Below, one piece after another: positions 20,001 through 29,008 of a stretch of DNA of 64,000 nt (position 1 is the stretch's first letter; every line of letters begins with the position of its first letter). Location of the stretch: the NCBI GenBank assembly GCA_030603365.1, contig JAUVXV010000009.1, positions 1 through 64,000 of the forward strand, given 5' to 3'. The notes under the pieces were generated by a model. That model made no database searches, was not told where the DNA came from, and worked only from the letters and a program-made list of their open reading frames with translations. The DNA is from Candidatus Heimdallarchaeota archaeon. GTDB taxonomy: Archaea; Asgardarchaeota; Heimdallarchaeia; Heimdallarchaeales; Heimdallarchaeaceae. Position numbers and translations under genes: made by a program.

Positions 20001-21360
20001 TTCCTATGACTATACTATTATTTGACGGTTTACTGACAAAAATAAATGGGTGTCTAGATAAGAGAACTATCTCATATTCGTTCACATCTGTTGTAGTGAA
20101 TGAAAATGTTTTCTTATAAAGAATATACGAAAGATCTGCAATGTAGCTACCATCACTAACAATCATAGTAGCTTCACCATTAACATCAGTAATTGTTTGA
20201 TAATTTCTACTTTCTATATATCTTTCAGTGATGTTTTGACTATAAACTTGGATTATTGCACCCTGAAGAGGTTCATCCTCATCTGTGATTATTCGAAAGG
20301 AGACTAATCTTTCTTTGTACGGAACTTCTAAATTGATGATAGTGTTTTTTTTCAAAATAAGTGTAGTGGCTGAAGATAATACTCCTTCTATTTCTCCTTG
20401 AATCTTATATTCTCCAAAAGGTAGGATGAAAGAAGTTTGGTTGTCATTAATGATGATTGTTTCATTCACTAATTCTCCTCTTCTGCTGCGAATGGTGATG
20501 GTAGCATTCACCTCTTGAAGAAAATCAGGTGTCACAATATTCACAACCAAGCTGTACTCACTTAGAACTAGTTCTCGTAACATTTCTTTATCTGTAATTA
20601 TCTCCAAATTAATTTTAACTCTAATATGTGTGATATAATCATAGTCCTCAAAGGCAAAGAATTGTCCTACCCATAACGATGCGATGATTTCATCATCAAG
20701 GAGTGTGTTTGTTATGAAAATTGATTTAATCTTCAGTTCAATTGCAGATTCTGACCTTGTTGAAAATAGTGTGATGAAGTCTCCTAATCCTAAATTATTA
20801 CGTTCTGCAAAGTTTATACCTACACTTACTTCAAAGGAATCTGTTAAACTAGGTAAATTTCCTTCTAGAAAACCAATATCCGTAAGTTGCCAGAATTTAC
20901 TTACGTCCACTCCACGAAAATATACTGCTTTATTTTCATATACAGCTGCAGTCATTACTTCTGGACTAACAAGTTCTACTCCCTCTATTGTACTTATTGT
21001 ATCTGCAATATCTAGAGGTACAATACTCGTATATGGAGTAGATGCTTCAGGGCTTGAAATAATTACTATATCATCACTTTCTCCTAAATAAGATGCGGTT
21101 GAGTCTATAATACTTGACATTAGAATACCCGAACCAGTAATTATAGTGGAACTAATGAGAAAACCTATGAAAGCGATAAATAATCTCTTTTTTGGAAGAA
21201 TATTATAAAGAAATATTCTTCGATATTTATCAGTTATCCATGAAATTAGTTTCTTTGAACCAGCAATTATTGTTGATTTAATGAGACGTCTTATGAAAAA
21301 AACCAAGAGTCTTATTTTTAAGAGAAGCTTTAGAAAGAATAACCCTAGAGAATCCATCAT
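17023..21360 (-). CDS. Giant FtsX/MacB-family ABC permease with about 1000-aa Ig/transthyretin-like extracellular array
   Basis: TM1 plus MacB-like domain (VELVSPE, RGVD, VGINFAERNNLGLGD), beta repeats (TDVNGEA, DTAPPVIEIISP), C-terminal ESRKETSIIKMIGG with 3 TM. Confidence 0.8.
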   Translation of the reverse strand: MMDSLGLFFLKLLLKIRLLVFFIRRLIKSTIIAGSKKLISWITDKYRRIFLYNILPKKRLFIAFIGFLISSTIITGSGILMSSIIDSTASYLGESDDIVIISSPEASTPYTSIVPLDIADTISTIEGVELVSPEVMTAAVYENKAVYFRGVDVSKFWQLTDIGFLEGNLPSLTDSFEVSVGINFAERNNLGLGDFITLFSTRSESAIELKIKSIFITNTLLDDEIIASLWVGQFFAFEDYDYITHIRVKINLEIITDKEMLRELVLSEYSLVVNIVTPDFLQEVNATITIRSRRGELVNETIIINDNQTSFILPFGEYKIQGEIEGVLSSATTLILKKNTIINLEVPYKERLVSFRIITDEDEPLQGAIIQVYSQNITERYIESRNYQTITDVNGEATMIVSDGSYIADLSYILYKKTFSFTTTDVNEYEIVLLSRHPFIFVSKPSNNSIVIGNNLNLTITATTGYSINFYYDGNPDNIKEYYIAAGEEIYPDGIIVPFEEGSHSITVETFNNDYIISGLNKDLNYATTTVYFMIVDAIPEDLTFYNVMNGSQLAPNDVLVLNSTYKFNEKLMYKWDNNEFHTLTANFFIAPYELGIHKLTLQAKTEDQVMEIHYIFAITNNPKFIGTLGLRSDLRVKGGEYIQTWFNPYYEAYFNWNSNPMSSIPHNGLVNTTGLNEGTNYLHLYTKISSEWHNRSYTIEIDNSVPIITLSEINGSLIYSGEYLSFNSSEELSRTQFSWDNYLYSNVYGQSIQILVENGNHSLHIKLTDLVGNSIELYYEFNVTGFNETGNPIDFYLENEYSGILRQAYIDINPYVEDSYLLIEYRIEGSIQKSGHIFGSVREYLFPGIYTLTVILWVDLFEQRTRTWSFEILDGLNSNNIQTDQINDTSTDNMLLNFTYYDITYNLLDTNSLFLSDGYYSFIYQYPETSNDSYSHEFFVDTAPPVIEIISPNIGIEGLVTDLVVESDAVEILFQFEAEPTIYEYRKPQTILFVSGGKHTIIFYLTDSYQNVVIQTYSFYVNQSYSLQELTFQIKIYNDIFPVSALNISVSSYYNSTSVDLQTNGNGSITFNMFSGEYLVSFEYDSKHYELMFDTSDGNNQIVWLSGAYTIIEVRDNFANSTIDGLYCVVRDEYGNRVLSGYTDSFGRIYTTAIDAGSYIFYLIGTGEGISTVSTDIYLSYNHILFNVPSKKQQVTFKFQYDNGTKIYNLPVTFETELGGIVSSNTAFSSQITLYLSYGIIDLTIYQKNGSIINLRRIFEPGMSTIKIILPSETEDQWSKIPFKSISGFAFLISLSYEYVDYYLQGSLLFTYTLAYAEVLLILIVLVVNMNSIIQNMYRESRKETSIIKMIGGTNLHALTAIFTRLGIIALIASIIGYGFGSLVLVILSSFNQTVFFGHTFIPQGSWTIFLLNVAFTFLVAILTTLLIARKTSKEKKITYSRRD

Positions 21361-22529
21361 GGCTCCTCCTTTATAACACGAATTTGTGAAGCTTTTACAG
21401 CTGGATATATACCAGATATTAGCGATAATAATAATGAAAATAGAAAGATTACCCCTATTAAACCTAAATTAATGCTAAGGGGTATAAAAGGTAAATTCAT
21501 AGCAGCTGTTACTAATCCTACAATACCACTAACCGATAAATACCCAACAACTAGTGATAATAATGCGGAAATTAAACCAATGAAAAGAGCTTGTAGCATA
21601 AATAATCCAATAATTTGGTTTTTCGTTGCACCAATCGACCTCAACGTAAAAATTTCTTCTTCACTTTCTTTAACTAAGGTGTATATGCTATAAGAAATAG
21701 AAACTAGCATTAATATGAAGAATAGAATTTCTAAAAGAGTTAGGGTTTTGATAACATCTTCAGTTGCATATTTGATGAAGTTCTGAGTTTGTTTCTCATT
21801 TATTACATTAAGGGATCCATATTGCTCCTCTATGTCTGCAATGATATTATCTATCTCTCTGATATCAATGATTCTTAATTCAATAAAAGAGAAATAATTG
21901 ACTGTAGCATTTAGATTGAAATTCTCTAGTGCACCTAGGAACTCAAGATCATATTCGTGACCTGATTCAATAATGTTAACTACTGAATAGTTATTTGTTG
22001 CTGTAAGAGTAAAAGAGCTGTTTACATAAAAATCTTCGATATTTATTTGAACTATTGATCCCACACCAGCTGTTAGAAAATAAGATAATTGCTGCCCAAT
22101 TATCAATTCCTCTGCATTCAAATCAAATTTAGAATAGCTATAATGATGTTGCTGAAATTCCTCAAATAAAGATATATTAAGTAAACGCAAGTGCGTATAG
22201 ATTTCAACACCCGTTTCACCTTTAACAGAAACAGGGATGTAAAGTTGTGGTAATATAACTTCTACTACTGGAGTTTGTTGAGCATATTCTTCTAAGAAAT
22301 CGAGCACTTCTAGATCAATTTTACTTTGAGAGAGACTCTTGCCATCCTCAATTATTAGTAAAAGATCTGAAGGAGCAATGATTTCTGCCATCCCACTTAT
22401 ATTAGAAGAATAACCTCTAACTAGCAATGTTGTTGCAATATATATAACTAGACCTAAAGTTAGTGTCATTGTAGCTTGATATGTTCTTTTTCTATTATGG
22501 AAAAAGAAACGAACACTAAACCTTAGCAT
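21357..22529 (-). CDS. FtsX/MacB-family ABC permease
   Basis: EIFTLRSIGATKNQI, SGIYPAVKAS; 1+3 TM layout. Confidence 0.88.
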   Translation of the reverse strand: MLRFSVRFFFHNRKRTYQATMTLTLGLVIYIATTLLVRGYSSNISGMAEIIAPSDLLLIIEDGKSLSQSKIDLEVLDFLEEYAQQTPVVEVILPQLYIPVSVKGETGVEIYTHLRLLNISLFEEFQQHHYSYSKFDLNAEELIIGQQLSYFLTAGVGSIVQINIEDFYVNSSFTLTATNNYSVVNIIESGHEYDLEFLGALENFNLNATVNYFSFIELRIIDIREIDNIIADIEEQYGSLNVINEKQTQNFIKYATEDVIKTLTLLEILFFILMLVSISYSIYTLVKESEEEIFTLRSIGATKNQIIGLFMLQALFIGLISALLSLVVGYLSVSGIVGLVTAAMNLPFIPLSINLGLIGVIFLFSLLLSLISGIYPAVKASQIRVIKEEP

Positions 22530-22619
22530 TGATTATCTCACTTCTTGAAAACATGAAAATCTTTTGATATAAAACTTTCTGATAAGAGAAAAGAGAGAAA
22601 GGTTTTCTCATTGTGGTTG

Positions 22620-23939
22620 TTACGCTCCGCTGTAGAAAATTGAAAATACAATCCCTTGCAGTGTAAGAGTTAGATATATAGCTATACCTACTGCTAATAA
22701 TGAAGGAAACCTCGTTCTGGAAGGAGTTACTCTAGTAACACCAAGCCCCAGATATAATAGGAACCCGTAGAAGAATACATTCAGTGGAATAGACGAAAAT
22801 ATCTGGTAGGAAATTTGTTTTCTTTCATATGGGTAGATCGCTTGTCCGGGATGAAACCCAATTCCCTCAAGGTATTTTACACCGATAAAGATGTAACATA
22901 TTATATAAATATAAATAGCAATGGAAGCAATAAATACGGCATTTTTATAGATTTTACCCCATTTCTTTTCACCCAATAAGAGTGAGTAAATAAGTGGAAA
23001 CACGAATACCCATGTGAACCAAGCAAGCAAACCTAGAAGCATTTGATCTCCAACGTCGCTCTTATCAAAATTAGTGAAGTCAAAGTCCTCAGTGAAACCC
23101 TCTATTAGTGATCCCGGAAAGAGCGGTCGAGCTTTGAGTTCAACGAAAAATGCCCCAGCAAACATCATAAAACTAACATATACTATAAAAGATGTTAGAA
23201 TATTAATTAAGAAGTAATTGGGGAGCAATTCCGCATAACTTGCTCTTGTTGGTCGAGCTAAATAATCGCGGCTGAATCTAAATGTATCTTTTACATGTGT
23301 AAATTTGAATAGTAAGTACACTGCAATCGCAGGAATAGCAACAACTCCAATCAAATACAATATATTTAGTAGTAAAGCGACTGGCGAAGTAAGTTTGCCT
23401 ATCAAATTATCCCAAATAAAAGTGCGAATGTCAAAATCAACGAACCCCTTAATTGGAGGAGACCCAAAAATAAGCAATGAGTACCAACTGATTGTAAGTG
23501 CAACAAAAAGGGTTGCTAGATAATCCCAAATACGGAATTTCCTCTTTTGAGTGTCTAAATACCATAGCTTCTCATAGATGATTTCATTAGCATCTTTTTC
23601 AAACTCTGTGAGTACCAACCCATCAATTCTTACTTCTCCATATCTTTCATAGAATCGTCTTGCAATCCTATTAAGTAGATCTTCAGTGTCTTTTGCATCC
23701 ATTCTTTTATCTACTGTTATAACGAAAAGAAGATCACTCTTTTCTTCTTGGAAAACTATTCTTGAAGTAACCAATTCGAATTCTGATATTCTTTCTTTTT
23801 GAGTTTCAGTAGCCATTGAATAAATTGCACTCATCAATCCAGCTGTTAAAGCAATATCAACTGCATCCTCTGTTTTCTGAAATTCTTGACTGTAGAATAT
23901 TTGACCATAAGTTGTTAGAATTAGTAGGTTCTTAATCAA
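22620..23939 (-). CDS. Longin-domain protein fused to seven TM helices
   Basis: Residues 1-120 show the longin pattern (LLILTTYGQIFYS...LTAGLMSAIYSMA...LLNRIARRFYERY), then 7 hydrophobic segments. Confidence 0.72.
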   Translation of the reverse strand: MIKNLLILTTYGQIFYSQEFQKTEDAVDIALTAGLMSAIYSMATETQKERISEFELVTSRIVFQEEKSDLLFVITVDKRMDAKDTEDLLNRIARRFYERYGEVRIDGLVLTEFEKDANEIIYEKLWYLDTQKRKFRIWDYLATLFVALTISWYSLLIFGSPPIKGFVDFDIRTFIWDNLIGKLTSPVALLLNILYLIGVVAIPAIAVYLLFKFTHVKDTFRFSRDYLARPTRASYAELLPNYFLINILTSFIVYVSFMMFAGAFFVELKARPLFPGSLIEGFTEDFDFTNFDKSDVGDQMLLGLLAWFTWVFVFPLIYSLLLGEKKWGKIYKNAVFIASIAIYIYIICYIFIGVKYLEGIGFHPGQAIYPYERKQISYQIFSSIPLNVFFYGFLLYLGLGVTRVTPSRTRFPSLLAVGIAIYLTLTLQGIVFSIFYSGA

Positions 23940-24036
23940 GGGAAATTCCTCTCATCTTATATCTCTTAATATGACTACTCTTATCTAAAAATATTGTGGA
24001 TGTTTTTGAGAAAAAGGGAAAAGGGAGAAGTAAAAC

Positions 24037-25290
24037 CTATGTTCCTTCAAAATAAGCATCTTTGTATGATATTTGTTCAGGGGTTAGTTTGTCAATTTTA
24101 TGACCCATCAAGGCCAACTTTAATTCAGCAATTGATTCATCTTGTTCTTGTGGAATATCATAGACTTTCTTTTCGAGATTTTTACCCTCTTTTGCAAGAT
24201 AGATTAAACTAAGAAGTTGATTGGCAAACGACATGTCCATTACTTCTGATGGATGACCTTCAGCTGCTGAAAGATTAACAAGCCTACCCTTTGCAAGTAA
24301 ATATATTCGTCTTCCATCTTTAAGACGATATTCTTCATTATTTGCTCGCAACTCTCTCTTTTCTTTACTTAATTCTTCAAGATCATCTATATTGATTTCT
24401 GCGTCATAATGACCAGTATTGCATACTATTGCCCCATCTTTCATTTTATCGAAATGACGTTTAACTAGTATGTCTTTCATTCCAGTTGCTGTTATGAAGA
24501 GATCTCCTGATTCTGCTGCTGCATCCATTTTCATGACTCTGAAACCATCCATCACTGCTTTGAGAGCTTGAATGGGATTTACTTCAGTAATTATAATGTC
24601 AGCTCCTAAACCAGAAGCATTTTTTGCTAACCCTTTGCCACAATGACCATATCCTGCTATAACAACAATTTTGCCTGCGATTATAATATTAGTAGAACGT
24701 AATACACCATCTAGAGTAGATTGACCAGTTCCATAAACATTATCAAAATCACTCTTTGTTTCTGCATCATTCACTGCAGCTATAGGATAGAGAAGTTTTC
24801 CTGCATCATCCATCGCTCTCAATCTGTGAACTCCCGTAGTTGTTTCCTCTGTTCCACCAATGATTTCTTTTGCTAGTTCTTGATACTTTGAATGAACTGT
24901 GAATATTAAATCAGCTCCATCATCCAAAGTCAAAGTAGGTTTGAACTCAAGCACCTTATCAATTGCCCAGTAAAATTCTTCTGTTGACATACCATACCAT
25001 GCAAAGATTGGTATCCCTTCTTTTGCGAGAGCAGCTGCTATATCATCCTTGGTTGAGAGAGGATTACATCCAGACCACGAGACTTCTGCACCTATTGCAA
25101 TAAGTGTTTCTACCAAAACAGCTGTTTCCTTTGTAACATGTAAACATCCTGCTATTTTCTGACCTTTCAAAGGTTGTTCCTTAGAGAATCTTTGCCTTAG
25201 CTCCATCATCACAGGCATTCTAGATTCTGCCCAATCTATATTTTTGCGCCCTTGTTCAGCTAAGTTGATATCTTTAATTTTATAATCCAT
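24037..25290 (-). CDS. ahcY: S-adenosylhomocysteine hydrolase
   Basis: GCNPLST, LDDGADL, EETTTGV, KSDFDNVYG, GHPSEVMDMSF. Confidence 0.97.
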   Translation of the reverse strand: MDYKIKDINLAEQGRKNIDWAESRMPVMMELRQRFSKEQPLKGQKIAGCLHVTKETAVLVETLIAIGAEVSWSGCNPLSTKDDIAAALAKEGIPIFAWYGMSTEEFYWAIDKVLEFKPTLTLDDGADLIFTVHSKYQELAKEIIGGTEETTTGVHRLRAMDDAGKLLYPIAAVNDAETKSDFDNVYGTGQSTLDGVLRSTNIIIAGKIVVIAGYGHCGKGLAKNASGLGADIIITEVNPIQALKAVMDGFRVMKMDAAAESGDLFITATGMKDILVKRHFDKMKDGAIVCNTGHYDAEINIDDLEELSKEKRELRANNEEYRLKDGRRIYLLAKGRLVNLSAAEGHPSEVMDMSFANQLLSLIYLAKEGKNLEKKVYDIPQEQDESIAELKLALMGHKIDKLTPEQISYKDAYFEGT

Positions 25291-25374
25291 ATCTCACAAA
25301 CTAGTTCAAATTTTAAAAATATGTCGAGAAAGGTTTTTTTTTTCAAAACGTAACATTAATCAACCGATATTGAA

Positions 25375-26091
25375 ATGTTCAAAATGATGTCTGATAATAA
25401 CTTTCCTCTGATAATTGCACACCGAGGGGCATCCCATGGCGCATATGAAAACTCAATGGAAGCTTTTCAGCTTGCAGTTGATCAAAAGGCGGATATGATA
25501 GAACTTGATATTCATTTAACTAAAGATAATCATTTTGTTGTTTACCATGATGCTGAATTAAAGTACAGTAAGCAAGTATATCCAATTAAATATACAACAT
25601 TAGAGAAAATTCAATCCTTCAGATTACCAAATGATGAGCCAATACCCCTACTAAAAGATGTATTAGAGAAATTCCATAATTCTATCCAATTCAATATTGA
25701 GATTAAGTGTTCAATCACTAGAGAACCGTTTGATGATCTTTTGGAAGATGTTGGGATTGATACTTCAAAAACTGTAATTAGTTCATTCATTCATGATGTT
25801 CATATGGAACTAAAGGAATCTAAACTGGAATATAACTTAGCATATCTTTACATATTTCCGACTTTTCAGAATAAGAGTGTAGCTAGAAATGATTTCATTG
25901 CAGCAATGAACCCTTTTGCACGATTTGTGAAGAAAAAAGCTGTCAAGTTCTACCATAGTCTTGACAAAAAAATATATCCATGGACTGTTGATGATGAAAA
26001 GACCATAAAGAGACTTGTATCATATCATATAGATGGAATAATCACAAATAAGCCAAAAGAGACAAGAGAGATTGTTAAATCGTTGGTATAA
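25375..26091 (+). CDS. Glycerophosphodiester phosphodiesterase
   Basis: AHRG, ENS, ELDI, HD, NIEIK, WTVD, GIITN. Confidence 0.93.
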   Translation: MFKMMSDNNFPLIIAHRGASHGAYENSMEAFQLAVDQKADMIELDIHLTKDNHFVVYHDAELKYSKQVYPIKYTTLEKIQSFRLPNDEPIPLLKDVLEKFHNSIQFNIEIKCSITREPFDDLLEDVGIDTSKTVISSFIHDVHMELKESKLEYNLAYLYIFPTFQNKSVARNDFIAAMNPFARFVKKKAVKFYHSLDKKIYPWTVDDEKTIKRLVSYHIDGIITNKPKETREIVKSLV

Positions 26092-26101
26092 AATGATTCA
26101 T

Positions 26102-26827
26102 TTAGAAATATTTGATTAACGAAAAAGAGAACTCTTGCCATTCTGCTATTTCATTAACACTCTTCAATAATTCTTCTTCTTCACTTTCCTCAACATTGAA
26201 AATCATGCTTACTATTTCAGGATTGAATCCTGATTCAATGATTTTTTTATAATCAGTAGGTTCTTCTATTATTTCTAGTTGAAATGTATCTCCCTTAGAG
26301 ATCATTAGTTCAACAATATCTGGTTTTGGGCTTTCCTGCGCCTTATTATAAATTCCCACAAATTCTGTTTTTCTTTCTAGTTCTTTACTCACACGAAGAA
26401 TAGCTACTTTGTACTTTCCAATTGCAGTTAAAGCAGGAATAAGCCAAAAAGATTGACTAGGTAGAATAATCTCAACAACTGAGCCTTTGTTACTTTTGAC
26501 TAAATCATCAATTCCCTGAATAATCTCCTTTGCATTTTCTTCCTTTTGCTCACTAGCCAGAACAACAATTTCATCAATGGCGAGGATAACAGTAGTTATT
26601 TTTTTGCTTCCTTCCTCTTCCTCTTCTACTTCTTTCTCAACTAGCCAGATAATATAACCAGAGATTTTTCCTCCTAAAGATATCAAGCTTAATTTGGCTT
26701 CTTTATTATCCAAAGTTGCTTCTACAAACATTTCTGCTGTAACCTGATTTCCATATAGCTCTTTTAGAAGAACTTGAAGTTCAGCTGAATCTAGGGGACT
26801 TTTCAATTCTTGAAGCATTTCTAACAA
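26102..26827 (-). CDS. Hypothetical acidic protein, possibly degenerate GNAT fold
   Basis: GKISGYI...IDEIVV strand pattern without the R/QxxGxG motif. Confidence 0.5.
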   Translation of the reverse strand: MLEMLQELKSPLDSAELQVLLKELYGNQVTAEMFVEATLDNKEAKLSLISLGGKISGYIIWLVEKEVEEEEEGSKKITTVILAIDEIVVLASEQKEENAKEIIQGIDDLVKSNKGSVVEIILPSQSFWLIPALTAIGKYKVAILRVSKELERKTEFVGIYNKAQESPKPDIVELMISKGDTFQLEIIEEPTDYKKIIESGFNPEIVSMIFNVEESEEEELLKSVNEIAEWQEFSFSLIKYF

Positions 26828-26920
26828 ATTATCTGCTAGAACTAAATAAAATTATGCTTTTTCTACACCAAATCTTGAAATAATTGGAAAAAAAAGAAGA
26901 AAAAGAAAAAGAAATTATTG

Positions 26921-27340
26921 TTATGTAGGAACAGTTGGTGTAAATTCAGCTATAGCAAATATTGTGGAATCACCAGATGTGAAATATATGTTTACTGAAT
27001 ATTTTTCTCCACTTACGAATGTTCCTTCAAATACTATTTGACCTGTTTCTCCATTAAGAATAGAACTTCCAGCAGGCGTTTTTGGGTTGAGATACATTGC
27101 GTCTGGAGAGATAGTTATAGTTCCATTAAACGTAATATCCGCTGCCTGTGCTTGGATTGTTACAGTAATTGTAAAGTTATTTCCGGCATCATAGTCAACA
27201 CTGGGACTCCCCATAACAATTGCTTGTGGAGAAGGACTTAGCATTGGTATAACTACTAAAAACACTATTGCTGCTGCTGCAGTTACTAGAGCAATCAGTA
27301 AGACTGTTGCGATTACTGGAGATACTCCTCGTTTTTTCAT
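26921..27340 (-). CDS. Archaeal type IV pilin-like protein (start reassigned to 27340)
   Basis: Class III signal MKKRG|VSPVIATVLLIALV. Confidence 0.9.
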   Translation of the reverse strand: MKKRGVSPVIATVLLIALVTAAAAIVFLVVIPMLSPSPQAIVMGSPSVDYDAGNNFTITVTIQAQAADITFNGTITISPDAMYLNPKTPAGSSILNGETGQIVFEGTFVSGEKYSVNIYFTSGDSTIFAIAEFTPTVPT

Positions 27341-27479
27341 TTTTAATTCACCTATAAATAGAATGTAATTAATACAAATATCTGTAAGATTCCTTAAAAA
27401 AGTAGCGATAGTTTTTTCACTTGACTTAATTGATAATACAAAAAGCAAGTGATTTGAGAATTAACAATCATTTATATGG

Positions 27480-28202
27480 GTGAATGTTTCTTTATTGTTG
27501 AAGCAAATGGATACACCCACTAATATCATTTTTAGGTCTTTAACGGCCATATATGATAGGACAATTAGTGGAGATTCTCTTTATCCAGCACTTTATTTTT
27601 CGGACATTGATAAAACAAGTACATTCTATGGGTTCCGACTACATGAGATAATACCTACTAGGCTTATAATCAGAATTTATGAAAATGGCAAAAAAACAAT
27701 TACTGATTTACTTTGGTTAGTAGATGATATTAAATTTATTACTCAAGGTCATGCTTATTTTCAAGTCAAATCAAAAAACATTCAAGTTGAGGGTGAATCA
27801 AATGAATTCATTTCTCTAATCAATGGTGATGCAACAATTAATGCTTGTTATGAAGATTTAATTCTGCTTCCTGATTTCTTTGACAAGGTAATTGTTGGAA
27901 CTCCTGATTGGGCTCCTCCAAAAATACTATCTGAAACAAAAGTAAACATTCAGAATATTCCTACAAAATTGTATGGCTTTTCACGATCAATACTTCCTAC
28001 TAAAGAGCTTGAAGATGAACATTTTCAAGATACAGCAATTAATAGTTATTTAGCATTAATTGATTTGATTCACAGGTCCTTAGAGCTTCTATCCAAAGAT
28101 TCACAAAAGAAAAATGGTGACTTAGTCTTCTGTGTGAGATGCGGACAAGAGTTACCTTCTAGTTCAGTCTATTGTCCAATATGTGGAAGTAAACAAAACT
28201 AG
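27480..28202 (+). CDS. Hypothetical protein with C-terminal zinc ribbon
   Basis: CVRCG-x9-CPICG at C-terminus. Confidence 0.7.
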   Translation: MNVSLLLKQMDTPTNIIFRSLTAIYDRTISGDSLYPALYFSDIDKTSTFYGFRLHEIIPTRLIIRIYENGKKTITDLLWLVDDIKFITQGHAYFQVKSKNIQVEGESNEFISLINGDATINACYEDLILLPDFFDKVIVGTPDWAPPKILSETKVNIQNIPTKLYGFSRSILPTKELEDEHFQDTAINSYLALIDLIHRSLELLSKDSQKKNGDLVFCVRCGQELPSSSVYCPICGSKQN

Positions 28203-28206
28203 AACT

Positions 28207-28599
28207 TTAAGTATGATACAAGATTTCTGCTCTTTCTATTAATTCTAGTGTATCTGTTTGATTTGCTAAGTCTCTTGCATTTGGTGAGAAATTATTTGCA
28301 ATTATGAATCCACCACTTAAATTCGACCGTTGAACTAAACGTTCAATATGGATGATTTTGTCTGTGCCAACACTTCTCTTCCAATCTAGTACCCAAACTC
28401 CAACTAGAAGCTCTTTAATGATTATAAGAAAATCAATTGCATGTTTCGAAGGTCCTGTTATAAGTGCTAAATCGTGAGAGATTGAACCAAAACTTTTGAG
28501 ATACTCCAAAGAAATTTCAATAAGTGGTTTATTTCGGTCGAAGTTCATAAATTCAGATTTCCAATATCTATAAAAAGATTGGTATGAAAATTTCCTCAT
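28207..28599 (-). CDS. Mrr-like restriction-endonuclease-fold protein, probably inactive
   Basis: IDFLI...WKRSVG...GFIIANNFSPNARDLA; the ExK position reads WVL. Confidence 0.65.
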   Translation of the reverse strand: MRKFSYQSFYRYWKSEFMNFDRNKPLIEISLEYLKSFGSISHDLALITGPSKHAIDFLIIIKELLVGVWVLDWKRSVGTDKIIHIERLVQRSNLSGGFIIANNFSPNARDLANQTDTLELIERAEILYHT

Positions 28600-28602
28600 T
28601 TT

Positions 28603-28914
28603 CTATTCTACGTCAATCTCAAGATTTTTGTCGTTAACTTGGACAAACCATTTTCCTGCATGAGGGAACGTAATTTTGATTTCTTTTCTATAATCTTTTA
28701 CAATCTGTGGTGCCATAAGATTTGGATCTCTTGTTCTCCAAATTCTAATATTAATTTTGCTCTCTTGGATATTCATATCTATGATCTCTTTCTTCAGTTC
28801 CCAAAGTGGATCTGAGAGAAATCCCTCAATAGATAAAATTACTTCTTTACCAGCCATGGGTTTTTCTACAAAATCTACTTCTGTTATGCTTGCTAGCTTT
28901 TGCAAGGGTTTCAT
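28603..28914 (-). CDS. Hypothetical small beta-sandwich protein
   Basis: 103-aa ORF; FPHAGKWFVQVND Ig-like end. Confidence 0.55.
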   Translation of the reverse strand: MKPLQKLASITEVDFVEKPMAGKEVILSIEGFLSDPLWELKKEIIDMNIQESKINIRIWRTRDPNLMAPQIVKDYRKEIKITFPHAGKWFVQVNDKNLEIDVE

Positions 28915-29008
28915 AGATGATAAATGTGGTTTTTATTAATAAATGTTGATGGTAGTAGAATATATTTGAAAGAAAATATTTTTTAATATCCTCTGATAAA
29001 GACACTTA

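Noticed and set aside
22620-23560. Rhodopsin or GPCR
   Set aside because: No Schiff-base Lys in helix 7, no GPCR motifs, and the N-terminus is cytoplasmic
28207-28599. Active restriction-modification system
   Set aside because: Catalytic ExK absent and no DNA methyltransferase adjacent
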